Assembly: GCF_009914755.1 (NCBI RefSeq)
Contig: NC_060935.1
Direction: 5' to 3' (one strand)
Source: the human T2T-CHM13v2.0 reference genome, Homo sapiens
DNA: 64,000 bases
The translations under genes were made by a program, and so were the position numbers. Below, piece after piece: positions 28,240 to 41,960 of the stretch (the first letter of the stretch is position 1; each line of letters opens with the position of its first letter). The notes below the pieces were generated by a model. It was not told the DNA's origin and did no database searches. It worked only from the letters and a program-made list of their open reading frames with translations.

Positions 28240-28932
28240 CTTTTTCCAAATTTCTCACCCTGGGAATTATCATTTGGATGTTGATTTTCAATAATGTCTC
28301 TATAAGATGCTAAACCAACTATGAGGTATATGAGGGCCCACAGTTCATATAAGACCACCCTCCTTTCTGATATCAATTGCAAGTTTGGGGGATTCCCAAG
28401 GTTACCTTCAACTTTTATCATTCACTAGAAAGACTCACAGAACTCAGTGAAAGCTGTTATATTCACGACTACAGTTTATTAAAGGAAAAAAATAGACATT
28501 AAAATCAGCCAAAGAAAGGTGTCCATTGGGCAAGGTCCAGAAGAGGTGCCAAACATGGGGCTTCTGTCTTCTACTCATGGAGTCATGAGCACATTACTCT
28601 CCTGGCATTGATGTCTGACAACATGCACAAAATATTACCAACCAGGAAAGCTCACTTGAGCCTTAGTGCTCAGAGTTTTTACTGGGGCTCCATCACATAC
28701 TGTTCATAAGGCTGAAATTTAGTCTCCAGTCCATCTGGAGACAGAATTGATACCACATGATCCAAAACCCCCATTAAAAATCACAGTGTTAGACGATCCA
28801 ATGGCAAAAACCCCAGGCAAACAAAGGCATTCCTACCAGGCATCATATTCTAAGAATCCAAAGATTACCTCCCAGGAACTGAGTGTAAAGGTCAGACTTC
28901 TGTTAGGATAATGTTAAATTCTTCATTACACA
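28240..28932 (-). mobile_element. MER21C-like LTR
   Basis: CACTAGAAAGACTCACAGAACTCAGTGAAAGCTGTTATATTCAC...CCAACCAGGAAAGCTCACTTGAGCCTT...GTTAAATTCTTCATTACACA. Confidence 0.78.
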
Positions 28933-30806
28933 GCATTCCTCTTAACTCCCAGGATCCTGGATTTGACATTGACAATTCCGATATTTCACTGGGTACCCTG
29001 ACACTTCATTTGCTCTGGCAAAACATGTGCTGTACTATGGTTTGTGCTATTTTTGGTATCTGCATCACCATAATGGTGTGTCTTATCTCTATAACCTTCT
29101 GAGGACTGGTCTGATACCTCTTTTAAGGAAGTAAATATGATGGGCAGACCAACCTGACCCAGAGTAGAAATGCTAGAATCTGAGGCAGGGCAGTAGAGAG
29201 ATGCTTTTGTCCAGGCCTAAAGAAAATAACCCTCAGTTTGAACTAGACTATGATGGAACATGCTGTAAAAGAAGGAAAATCTACATCCCACACCAGCCTT
29301 TGATTTACGCATTTTCATATGAAAGCCATTTCATCAGCAGTGTTGAATATGAAGAGATATATAAATATACACATTGACCCAAGCAATAGGAAGTACACTG
29401 CAAATGCAGATCTCACTCCTTCTGACAAAGGCAAGGTGACTAAGTGGGCCTATTTCTTTCTGTGACTTCCTGAATCTATGATTTAAATGAAATTGATGCC
29501 ACAAAATGTTTCATCGCATGTTATAAATAAACTCTCTGGCCTGAAGGACTCAACTTCAAGTTGTACATTTTTATAAAGAATACATTACAGTTTAATGTGG
29601 GAGTGGGAGGATCTAATTCAATTCAAGCAGTGATGATTAATTAAAGTTAGTGTGCAAAATTTGTTTATGATCTACAGATATAAAATAAAATTTTATGACT
29701 TTGTTACCATATACGCCCCCTCTCTCCAGGTAAAGTCACCTGCAATTTCTTCATACAGAAAAAAATGCCAAGGCATAATGCTTATTTGTAATCATGCCTT
29801 TGCAGGTAGTTTTGTTTTGTTTTGTTTTGTTTTAACTGCATGGTCTAGAGATGTTGTGAGATGGTTTCTTGGCTTAAGGGCACTTGAATAAAAATGAAGG
29901 CTGAAAGCATCAGAAGTATTTGCCTTGTAGAATGGATTACAAAGTCTCAAATGTAGCAATATAATGTAGCTGAGAACCAGGTTATCTATCTGGGTTCTAT
30001 CTCTGTATATCATCGTGGGGACCCATTTTATCCTCTGAACAACAGCTTCCTCAATTATAAAGTTGAAATAGACCTAATGCTCACATCTTCAGGGATTATA
30101 AATATGATATGTTTGTAAAGTGCATCTTAAAACTATAGAGTGACATGAGAATGTTAATTGCTATTATGTGTACTTTTCAGTGAAAATTTATCATCACTTA
30201 ATAATTCACTATGGACCAAGAGCTGAAGTACAAGCCAGGGATATAAGAGCAACTAAGACATGATCTGTCTCTTTGAGTTCCTCACAATTCAGTATATTTG
30301 TGTCTGTAAGTCAGGTGGGGGAAATGGTGTTGAGGGAGGGAGATTCAGAGATTCAGAGAGACTGAGAGAGATGTCCCTCATTCACTTTCCAGAATATAGA
30401 AATAACTTGGCAGGACTTAGCAAAGTCCTTGATCATTAAAGATGTTCAATATAAATGTTTATATATTGACCACGTAATGCAGATCCAGAGACAACTCATC
30501 TCAAGTTTCCTTAAAGAAGCACAAGACATACTGAATTAACGGTAACAAGACAGGGAGTAAAATCTCACCTGGACAAAATGCATCTGCCCCTCCCCCATGC
30601 ATGTTTTAGCTTTAATTTTTTTCTCTGTAATTTCTCTAGTTTAGAAAGGGTCAGCTTGTACTAGGGAACCACAAATGGAAACACATGTGACATGATAATA
30701 TGGAAGTAGAGGGCCAGCTCCTCTCACATCATCCTGGTTTCCATAACCATTCATTCAGATGTCAGTATCAGATCATCAGTACTTAGAGTCAGTTTCTTTG
30801 TAAATC

Positions 30807-31454
<648 letters not shown>

Positions 31455-32896
31455 TTAGATCCTTCCAGTCAGGGATTAAACCGGAGAACTGAGAAAAGGT
31501 GGAGCTATAAGTCTAGTTTTATTGTTAACAAATTGGGGCATTTTCTGAGCCAGCCTACTCAGTTATAATTAAGCCCTGAGAGGAAAAGCCCTACCAGGTT
31601 ACAGGGTAACATCACCCTCTTCCAATTTCCTAGCCAACAAGACCACTTTAAGACATAAATACTTTCCTCTGTTTATTACCGGAAAATACATTTTCCTTAG
31701 TATGTCCTTCTCCCATTCTTTACCTTCTTCACCATTTTGAAGATCACCTCAGATATTAACTATTCAACTTATTCTGTATTACATTTTCTCCATACAGAAA
31801 AACATACCAAGATATAATGCTTATTTGTAATTATGCCTTTACAGGTTATATATATATATATATATATTTTTTTTTCATATATTCTGCATGGTCTAGCAAT
31901 GTTGTGAGATAGACTCTTGGCTTGAGGGCACTCACCACCATCTCTTTCTCCCTCCCTTCCCTGACCCAAGGCTGGATCAAAGATTGCTGTCCTGGGCTCC
32001 AAGAGTGAACTCTGGTGGTTATCTCAAACAAATTAGAATCTATTCTAACAGTCTATTGACAGGATATCCTAAAAGGCAGGTACCTTTTCTTATGAATCTG
32101 TGCGTCTCCAGAGTAGACACAGAGCACAGCAAATATTTGTTGAAAAATGCATGAATGAATAGGGCAGGAACACAGGATATTTATTTACTGTATCTCTTAT
32201 TCTTTCTATCCCTAGAGTGACTCTAGTTTCTTTAGGACTGTCTTAATTTATGACTATTTACTTGGCACACTTATATATTACCTTTCACTTTCAAAAAATA
32301 AATGGGTTTGGATGACAAATTATATAGTCCAACACTATTCATACCTGAACCTGTTTGTAGGCCCCTTATATCTGGACCCTGAGGTTCTGTCATCCTTATA
32401 TCCAAGTTCCCATATCTAATTCTTAATCATGGGCTGACACTGGACGACGATCTTTTACTTCAGCCAATTCCACTCCTGCTATTTTCCCTCTCTTCCCCTA
32501 CTCAATTCAAAGGGCCTTGCAAATGTCTTGTCTCCAGATCTGGTGCCCAGGCAGGCAAGCCATGACTAAAGGACACCTGTTTTGAAATCCTAGGCCTCTT
32601 TGGACTAGAATTCCTGACAACCAAAATTCAGCTTTTTAATCTCAAAGTAAAGTTACAGGCAGAACAACAACGACTATTTTATACCTTAAGAGGCTTCCTT
32701 CTGAATGAAGCAAAGTGGCAGGCACATTTCCATGAAATATAGTCTTAACATTTTTCAAATGATCTTTTTTGCTCTATGGATAAACTAATGAAAAATAATC
32801 ATAATTCAATGTTAAATATTAGCTGTGAATGACATTTGTGTACATATCGTTCCCTTTTTAAAAAGTTTCAAATTCTAAGCCTCCTCCTTGGCTCTC

Positions 32897-32928
<32 letters not shown>
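32897..32928. repeat. (CAAAA)n pentanucleotide repeat
   Basis: Directly visible. Confidence 0.9.
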
Positions 32929-33436
32929 GCCTGAAATAATTTGTCCACTAAAATTACAAATTATATTTCAAATGACTTAATTACAAAGTCATGGAATATA
33001 ATGAAAATGACAACTGACTCTAAGTTAGTAACTACACTTATAATTAACAGAAGACTTTGACAAATGTTTATAGTGCTTTGAAACAGGAGGTCAGGACATC
33101 AATTACAGAGGTAACATAAACTCATTTTTCCTATTTATAATTCAAATCCAAATTACCACATATTGTAACATGTGGCAAAAGCCCCAGCTTTTCAAACTTA
33201 TGCCTGGAGGTCAGGTAATTGTCTCATAGAAGGAAAAAGCAGAAAACCAAGCAGGACAGATGGGAAGTAGGGCACTGTGGGCCAAAAAGCTTCAAATATA
33301 TTCAAAAAATTGTATTGATTTTCAGAGATGCTCTGGCTGTGTGTTCCCCTAGCCAGCTTTATTTTCTATCATACTTCTCTCCTTTCCTTACCAGCACCCT
33401 GTACAAAATAATATGAAGATGCTGATATCTGATGAT

Positions 33437-33826
33437 TGTGGTAGATTGTATTTCTGTTTATGATTGTTAACACCCCTCCATTGTCCTTTCCCTTAGGAAA
33501 TTATACATTCCTGCCTCATTGATTTGGAGTTTGGCCACGGTATATGCTTTGGTCAGTGGAATATGAGTAGGTATGACATATTTTTTTTTTCGTGAAAGTA
33601 GGAGAAGTACCATGAGTTTCTGCCACTAATCTTGCTTTTATGTGCTGCCATGAGAATCTTAGCTGGAGATTCTTCTATAGAATGGGAAGGCAAGGAAGCA
33701 GAGCTGGCCCTTACCTAGAGACAAGCTATAGTGGTAACACAAACCTGTAAGTAACATGAGCAAAAAAATAAAGATTTGTAAGTGCTGAAATTTTAAGTAT
33801 GTTTGTTATCACAGCTGACCAACACA
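33437..33826 (+). mobile_element. MLT1 (H/I-like) MaLR solo LTR
   Basis: TGTGGTAGATTG...TTGGCCACGG..TGCTTTGGTCAGTGGAATATGAGTAG...TTTGTTATCACAGC...CA; near-TSD ATGAT/TTGAT. Confidence 0.75.
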
Positions 33827-33834
33827 TTGATAAT

Positions 33835-34045
33835 GATGATATATAATAGTATTGATGGAGCTTTACAATGTGTCACACACTGTCTTAAGTGCTATATATG
33901 TGTTAAATTATTTAATCCCATTTTACAGATGAGGGAATGGAAGCAAAGAAAGTCAAATAATTTGCACAATATTACATAGTCAGCAGCCAAGCCAGATTTG
34001 GAACTTAGACTCTGGCTTCAGAGGCTAAGATCTTACGCTATACCA
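33835..34045 (-). mobile_element. MIR SINE
   Basis: CCCATTTTACAGATGAGG...CCAGATTTGGAAC. Confidence 0.75.
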
Positions 34046-34084
34046 CCTATCTATCTATCAGTAGTATTTCCAAATATTCATATA

Positions 34085-34450
34085 TTCAAATCTCTTTCAT
34101 ATCTCCATGCCTTTCCACATGCTAATCCTTCTGGAATTCCCCTTCAGTCCTTTCTCACTTAGAAAACTCCTATTCATCCTCCATGACCCATCTCAGAGAG
34201 TCAATTTCTGTGAGTCTAATTGCTTCTCATTCACCCCACCCCACTTCTTGAAGACGGTTGCTTCTTTCTTCTATAAGGGCATAACATTTTATAGTTTTGT
34301 TGTAACAGTGTTATTACTTTCTGTTGTGCTTGTCTTCCTTTCTAGATGTTGAACTCTTCCAGGGTGAGGAAAATATTTCACTTATTTTTAAATTTCTAGA
34401 GTCAATGTGCTTGATACCTAGTCAATGATCAGAAAAAGTGTGATGAGTGA
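34085..34450 (+). mobile_element. L2 3' fragment
   Basis: CATGCCTTTCCACATGCT..CCTTCTGGAAT...AACTCCTATTCATCCT...CTAGATGTTGAACTCTTCCAGGG. Confidence 0.65.
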
Positions 34451-34719
34451 CTATTAGAGTTCTAGTGACCCATTCAATTTGTTCCTTAAACCCAAGTAAA
34501 AGAAGATGTGGGAATAGGTAAGCATTCTCTTAGTCTACAGTTTTATTTTGTAACTGAGTTCACATTATAAACTATAAAATAGGGAGTTAGCACATTACAT
34601 CGCCTTCACCTGTAGAACAATTTCTCTAGCATGTGTTGCCCTCCCCTCCCCTATAGGCATCACTAGGAATTCGGCTAACACATAGGTCTCCAAATCCATT
34701 TCTTCCCTTTCACATTTAT

Positions 34720-35168
34720 TTGCTGCTCAGCCAGATTTTTGGTCAAGCATTATCCTGGGTGTTTCTGTAAGGGTGTTTGGGGATGAGATTAACATTGAAA
34801 TTAAATCAGTAGACTGAGTAAAGCAGATTGCCCTCCACAATATGGGTGACTCTCATCCAATCAGTTAAAGACCTGAATAGAACAAACAACTGACTCTTCT
34901 CAAAGTAAAAGAGAATTCTCCTATCTAATAGCCTTCGAACTGGAACATCAGCTCTTGTTACTACTACAGCAGCTTCTGGTCTTTGGACTGGAACTGAGAC
35001 ATTGATTCTGTAGATTTTAGACTTGACAGCCTCTCTTTAATCATGAATTCCAATTCATTATAATAAATCTCTTTATGTATATATCTATATATGTATATGT
35101 CTATATATGTATATGTATATACACACCCCATATTGGTTCTGTTTCTCTGGAGAAGTCTGACACTTACA
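34720..35168 (+). mobile_element. MLT2 (ERVL) LTR, 5' truncated
   Basis: GGATGAGATTAACATT...CAGTAGACTGAGTAAAGCAGATTGCCCTCC...TATTGGTTCTGTTTCTCTGGAGAA. Confidence 0.85.
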
Positions 35169-36085
35169 GGAATCAAGTATTTAGGGACCCTCTCCTCATC
35201 AGCAAAACAATTTGATATCAAAAAAGTACTCACCAAACAACTAGCTCCATATGCAATTGGATGTGTGTATACACATATATTTGTACATATAAGTATATAT
35301 GTGTATAATTACATAAACACATTTTTACAAATATATATTTATATTTAAATAAAATCACACACTCAGAAATTTTTTTGAGGTAATTATAATTATCCCTATT
35401 TCATGGCTGAAGAAATAAAGCTTAGAAAGGTTTACCTAAGGACAGATAACCAAGAAACACAAAACTGGAATCAAAATGGGATCCAAATCCAAATTTACAT
35501 GACACCCAAGATCTAAGCTGCTAACCACTAAAATGCACTACTGAATATCAGCTTCATTTCATGGTAGAGAAAATTTATGTGTTGTCCTATCTACATATCC
35601 CTCTTTTTTAACCCAGTTTTGCCTGAATTTTGTTTTATATATTAGTCTATCTTGTATGACTTATTTATTGATGAGAATGCCACAATTTAAAATATCCGTT
35701 ATGTGAGTGTTAGTTATTATTATTCTTAATACTGAATACTTCATGTTCTTATTTCCAATTTATGAGACGACTTAAACAGAATATACAAATGTATTTCTAA
35801 ATTCTAACACCATTCGCACCGGGCAGGTAAGTAAGCAACTTAATAGAAACATTAGACCATCAAGATATTTCCACACAGTGAAGAAAGCTAATGCATGTCT
35901 TGTGAGAGACAAAATACCATTATTATGGATATACAAACATGGCTAATATTCAAATATAGATAATATAATCACAAATATTAAAAATACACTAAAGGTAAAA
36001 TATGAATTCATGTATCATTCTTAGACAAAGTCTTTAAAATAAAAAAATTGAGAGGAAATATGAGAGGATAGAACATTGATTCAAG

Positions 36086-36420
<335 letters not shown>

Positions 36421-37494
36421 TAAAGAGATTTTTAGTAACTAGGTTCCATTGCAAAAATTTATCCTTGTGTCCCCACCCAAAAAGTTAACTCTGGTGGACA
36501 GAGCACAGACTAAAAAATCAAAATACTTGAGTCATTATTCTGGATATATTATTTAATAATTGAGCAACTTTTGAGGGTAATCTTTAGATCTCAAAAGGCA
36601 GACTAGAAATAATAAGGACTCTGAGTGAGACAGATCTCAGTGTGAGCCCAGCTCTGTGACACACCTGCTATATGAGAGTATAAAAGTTAACCACTTTGAG
36701 TATGAAGTGCCAGATAAAGATAGTAACGCCCATTTCGAATGAAGTGCTTTCTAGAGTGCCCAACAGAGGGTACCCTTGATAAATATTTGTGCCCCTATCT
36801 CCAGACCCTATTTTCCTCACCCAAAGTTCCTTTCTGAGTCTATACTTCTATAATGCCATGATCTGTACCCTACATTCTAGGGTGACTCTACTAAAAAAGT
36901 TGCTGAATGGATTCTTCTGACTATTTCTATCCCATAGTGTGTTTGTAGCTTTTGTTTCTTCTTTAAGCAATTGAGTTTAAAGATAGGTTTTGTCAAATGT
37001 TCTCTGCATTCCAAATGTATCTTTGAATTATCAAATAGAAGGTAACCAGCTTCCCAAATACCATTTCTGTGAAGAGAATTGCTGTGATCAGAATGCCTCG
37101 TTCACTGAATGCCCTTTCTGATAAAACTAAATTGAAACGGTTTAAGTACTCATTATGGGTTTACTGAGCTCTGCAGTTGATTCCTTCAAGCTACATCTAT
37201 TGAACGCTTGGATGGCATAAAAATCAGCATTCTAAGAAAAAACACAAACACTTTCAAAACATTCCTTCATCCCTCGTGGTTTCTAGCGTGTCTTTCTAGA
37301 GCAATAATATTTTATCGCTGACTCTGAGTCAAGTCACCATTTCCCCTTAGTAATAATTTTTATCCTCTTCTTTCCTTCTGCATTTCCACATCCAATTGTT
37401 GAAAAATTTGAAAATATTTTTACATTCAATTTTTAAATTAATGTGTCATTTTCATGCGAAGAAGACACAAAACACTGTGCAAAAACAAACCATT

Positions 37495-37980
37495 ATCATT
37501 TATCCAAAAAATATTTGAGCATCCACAATGTGCCAGGCACTGTTCTAGGTACCAGCAACAGAAAAAAATAAGCAAACAAAATAGACAATATTCCTTGTTC
37601 TAACAGGTGTATCTTCAAATTGGGGGAGTATATAGTATATCTGGTCTTGAGAAATGTGATGGGGAAAAATAACACAGGATATGGGACAGGAAGTTAGGGT
37701 GGCCAGGGAAGGGCTCATAGAGAAGATGACACTAGAGGTAAGACCTAAGTGAGGCAAAGGGCAAGCATGTGCTTGGTGGTTGGGGGGAATAAAAGGGGAG
37801 TTGGGGTCTGGCACTTCAAACCAGGGAAACAAGGGTAAAGATCCTCATGTAGAACCATCAGTATGCTTGGTGTATTTGAGAAATGGCAAGGAAGCTGAAA
37901 CAAGGGGGAGTATGGCTAGAGACAAGGATGGAAGTGTCCAGATACTAAGGAAAACATTTACCAGTCACAAAGACTAACTT
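37495..37980 (-). mobile_element. L2 fragment
   Basis: CATTTATCCAAAAAATATTTGAGCATCCACAATGTGCCAGGCACTGTTCTAGG...GGTGGCCAGGGAAGGGCTC...TGCTTGGTGTATTTGAGAAATGGCAAGGAAGC. Confidence 0.75.
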
Positions 37981-38314
37981 CATATGCCAAAGTAGGACAA
38001 TGGCAAGCATTGGCTGTGCTCTCCAAATACCAGACTGTCTATATTTTGTTAACTTAAATTGATTTCCAAAGTGAACGCACTACTATCACCTCTGGTGTTC
38101 TACTCATCATATATTTACTTATTTACTAATGCATTCATAAACTCCTTCACTTCTTTTGACAAAGTGTTAGCATCTATGGTGTAAGATATTAGATAGGTAC
38201 GGAAGAACAATATGCTTTCAAATAACACAGTAAAGATTCACCAAACCCCTTTTTCCCCCTACTAAACACACACTTTGACCACATTTCACAGCCTATCCTG
38301 TAGTCATTTAGGGT

Positions 38315-38367
38315 CACCTGACAATATTTTGATCAAATGGCCACCTGACAATATTTTGATCAAATGG
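38315..38367. repeat. Perfect tandem duplication, period 27
   Basis: CACCTGACAATATTTTGATCAAATGG at 38315-38340 and 38342-38367. Confidence 0.95.
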
Positions 38368-39714
38368 ACTGTCAGAAGAAGTGATACACTTCATTTTTAG
38401 GCTTGGACTCCTAAGTACCTCCTTGGAGATCCTCCATGACCTCTCCTTTCCTTTGCATGCTGGCAGAGAATTGGTGGAGGATTCTGAAACCCTGGGAACT
38501 CGAAGAAAGAGTAGCATTGAACTGACAAAGAAAGGTAAGACAAGAGCCTTCCTTGAAGAGAGACCAGCACATACAAAGGCACTGAGGTGCAACTAAACAG
38601 GACCTGTTGTAGAAAGAACCAGAAGAAGTTCTTTGGACTGGAGAATAAGGCGAATGGGCATGATGGCAAAATGTATACATAAGGACTGGATTTCAGAGGT
38701 CCTGCACGCCATCCAAAGAAATGAAGACTTCCTCTTGAATGAGATATAAAGAGAAATAACATGGCTCAGGTCAATTCCAACCTTCCTCTTGATCGCATTT
38801 ACACCATTCTGAGCCTTCCCTGTCTTCTTCACCACTCACTGTATTTCTCATTAACAAAATGTCCATATTCTCAGAGAGGTTTGTGAACTCTCAGAGGGCA
38901 GGCTCTCTCTCTCTCCTTCAAATTTGTTTTTCAGAACATGAAGTGGGCATTCAAACTATTTTTTCATATTTAAAGCAACAAAGCACTCTAGTTATACATG
39001 ATTTTGATGTAAATCATGAGGAAAAAGAGTAACTTCAGTGATATGTTGCCTCTGCCCAGGGCTGCGGGAGATCAAAGAGCAGGGCGCTTATGATGGGATG
39101 CTAGTGTGTCCACCAGAGGCTACAGAACACACAAGTGGTGTCGATTTCACAACAGGCTCACCACAATGTTCAATTCTGTGTCTATTGCCTCTGGTGGCAT
39201 AATATAATAATTCAAACAACAATACAAACCACTATTGATTGAACATGTGTTGTTTTACATAAATTGTCACTAATCACAATACATCTCCATTTACAGATGA
39301 GGAAACAGCTTCCAAGAGTTTAATGTCACACAATGACTGAGTGGGTAGAGCCAAGATTTGAACTTAGTCCTGTCTGATTCAAAGCCCCTGTTCTTTCCAT
39401 CATATCGCTCCCACCCCTAATATTGCTGTGGACTCATAGTCCAAAGCACCATTTGTTTTGACACTTGTATTTTATCTTAAAAATTCCTATGAACAAAGTA
39501 TTCTTATTAACATCAGAGTAGATACCTTTTTGTACTTATTAGTTTCATGTTTTGAATTAATTACCATAAGAAAAAAAATTACAAATTTACAACCTCTTGC
39601 AGCAGCAAGTATTTAAAAACATAGTGCATACCCTGTGGGGTAAGAAGACAAGGGTTACATCCGGCAGCCTTGTCACCCTCTTTCCACACTTCTGGGATTT
39701 ACCGAGTACAATAA

Positions 39715-40020
39715 TTTTTTTTTTTTTTTTGAGACAAAGTCTCACTCTGTCACCCAGATTGGAGTGCAGTGGTGAGATCACAGCTCACTGCAGCCTGCCT
39801 TGACCTCCCTTGCTCAATCAATCCTCCTATCTCAGCCTTCTGAGTAGCTGTGACTATAGGTACATGCCACCATGCCCGGCTTATTTTTTTAAATTTTTTT
39901 TGTAGAGACAGGGTCTCACTGTGTTGCCTAAACCAGTCTTGAACTCCTGGGCTCAGGCAGTCATCTCATCTAGGCCTACCAAAGTGCTGGAATTACAAGT
40001 GTGAGCCATTGTACCTGGCC
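39715..40020 (-). mobile_element. AluJ
   Basis: J-type GATCACAGCTCACTGCAGCC, GGGTCTCACTGTGTTGCC and CCTGGGCTCA. Confidence 0.92.
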
Positions 40021-41239
40021 TTACAGTACTACTCTTGACCCCAGAGCAGCAGTTCCTCTGAAGACTTTACAACTCTATAAATGTCCTACAGCTGGAAGAG
40101 CAAGATGACAGTAGGGGGAGGAGATTAGTTGTACAGCCTTCTGCTCTGGGAACCTGCTGTAAAATAAACACTGCTGAAAATTCCTGTTCCTGTTAAACAG
40201 AATGACTTCCGTGTTGGCTATTGCCCATGTGCATGTGCTCTCAGCAGAGAAAAAGAGACAAAATAAAAAGTGACTTGTGCAGAAAATTCTGGAATAATTA
40301 GAAATTCTTTTGCAGGAAGTCTGGCAAGTTTCGCCACTTTTAATGACTGGTATGGACTTCTCTTGGTTTAATCTTGGCTTCTGAAAATTCGTCTGAGTCA
40401 GTCACTACTCAGAACAGACTGAAAAGTGATTATGGGAACTAAGTAAAGGACAGCTGGCTCCCAGTAAATTTGTGAAACGAGATTTTTTGGTTTTGAGGTT
40501 TTTGTTTTGTTTTGTCTTCCTCTTGTATTTGCATTTCTGTGTTCCCTGGATGGAAGGCAAGCTTCAGAGGCAGAGACTTAAGACTATATAAGTATCTAGC
40601 TCTGTGAGCTTGGACAAGTCTATCAGTTATCCAGAACCTCATTTGAACAGTCCTCATTTTTAAGCAAACATTTATTGTGCACTAATTGTATTCTAGACCT
40701 GGCTCCAAATGTTGGTGATATAATGGAACAAATCATAGTTCCAACCTTAAGTAAACTCATGGAAACATAACTAATAGTGTAAAAAATGCTTTAGTAAGAC
40801 TAAACGGAGGATGCTAGTCACCCAAAGTGGGTGTCTAGTCTATTTCTGTCCTTCAGAAGAACAGAAAGCTTCTTCAAGAGAGATCCAACTCTGCCTAAAC
40901 CTAAATGATGAGTTGGAATGAGTCACATGACATATCTATGTATTGAGAAGGTAGGGTACGTAGAAGCATATCTCAGGCAAAGAGAACATCAAATGACACA
41001 GGTACAGAGACAGAGAGAGCGATCTGGTAGATAAATTTAAAATAAAGCATATACAGAAAGTCTAGAAACCTAACATATTTTTAATAGAGAAGTTGTCTTA
41101 AGCAAGCCTCAGCCTTACAATAAGTTTAAGTCTAATATTCACTCATTTCCATCCATCCATTCATTGTACTAGAAACTATTCCAGCTGCTAGCATTATAAA
41201 CATGAAGAAGTCATAAAATAGGTAAGTGAAAATTGATAG

Positions 41240-41960
41240 ACAGGACTTCTAGAAAAGCGCCTTAAAATGGAGACAGACACCTGAGGCACTCCTTTTGCCT
41301 TTCCCTCTCATTCTTCCCTGTTACCAGGAATACAGCTCTGATAGTTAAAGTTTTAGCAGCTCTCTTGGGCCATGACGTGATCCTGGTGTATTAGTCTGTT
41401 CTTGCACTACTATGAAGAAATACCTAAGACTTGGTAATTTATAAACAAAAAAAAGGCTTAATTGGCTCAGGGTTCCACAGGCTATGCAGGAAGCATGGCA
41501 GCATCAGCATCTGGGAAGGCCTCAGGGAGCTTTTACTCATGGCAGAAAGCAAAGCAGGAACAGTTATGTTACATGGAAAGAGCAGGACACGGTGTGTTGG
41601 GGGGTAGGTGCCATACACTTTCAAATAACCAGACTTAACGAGAACTCACTCACTGTCATAAAAATAGCACCAAGGGGGAAATTGACCCCCATGACCCACT
41701 CACCTCCCACCAGGCCCCACCTCCAACATTAGGATTACAATTTGACATGACATTTGGGCAGGGACACAGATCCAAACCGTATCACCTGGACATGGAATGC
41801 ACAAGCTAGGATAATAGACAGGGAGGAAGAAGGAGCCTGACAATCATGGAGCTGCCTTCCTCTAAATGTATTTTACATAAGAGAGAAATAAATATTGCTA
41901 GGCTGCTATTATTTGAGGTTTAAATTATATGCAACAGAATCCACTTTCCAACCAATTTAG
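41240..41960 (+). mobile_element. Old MLT1 (J/K-like) LTR interrupted by an MST LTR
   Basis: MLT1-type GGACTTCTAGAAAAGC...CAGCTCTCTTGGGCCATGA on the left and AGAAGGAGCCTG..CATGGAGCTGCC...GAGAGAAATAAA on the right. Confidence 0.6.
41387..41784 (-). mobile_element. MSTA/MSTB-like MaLR solo LTR
   Basis: TGTATTAGTCTGTTCTTGCAC...ATCCAAACCGTATCA; perfect TSD CCTGG (41382-41386, 41785-41789). Confidence 0.9.

Noticed and set aside
27987-28421. Longest ORF in the track (144 aa)
   Set aside because: Starts inside a MER21-like LTR, has no recognisable domain, and is of a length expected by chance in 64 kb.
35780-35835. Perfect donor CAG|GTAAGT at 35826
   Set aside because: No convincing upstream acceptor or promoter.
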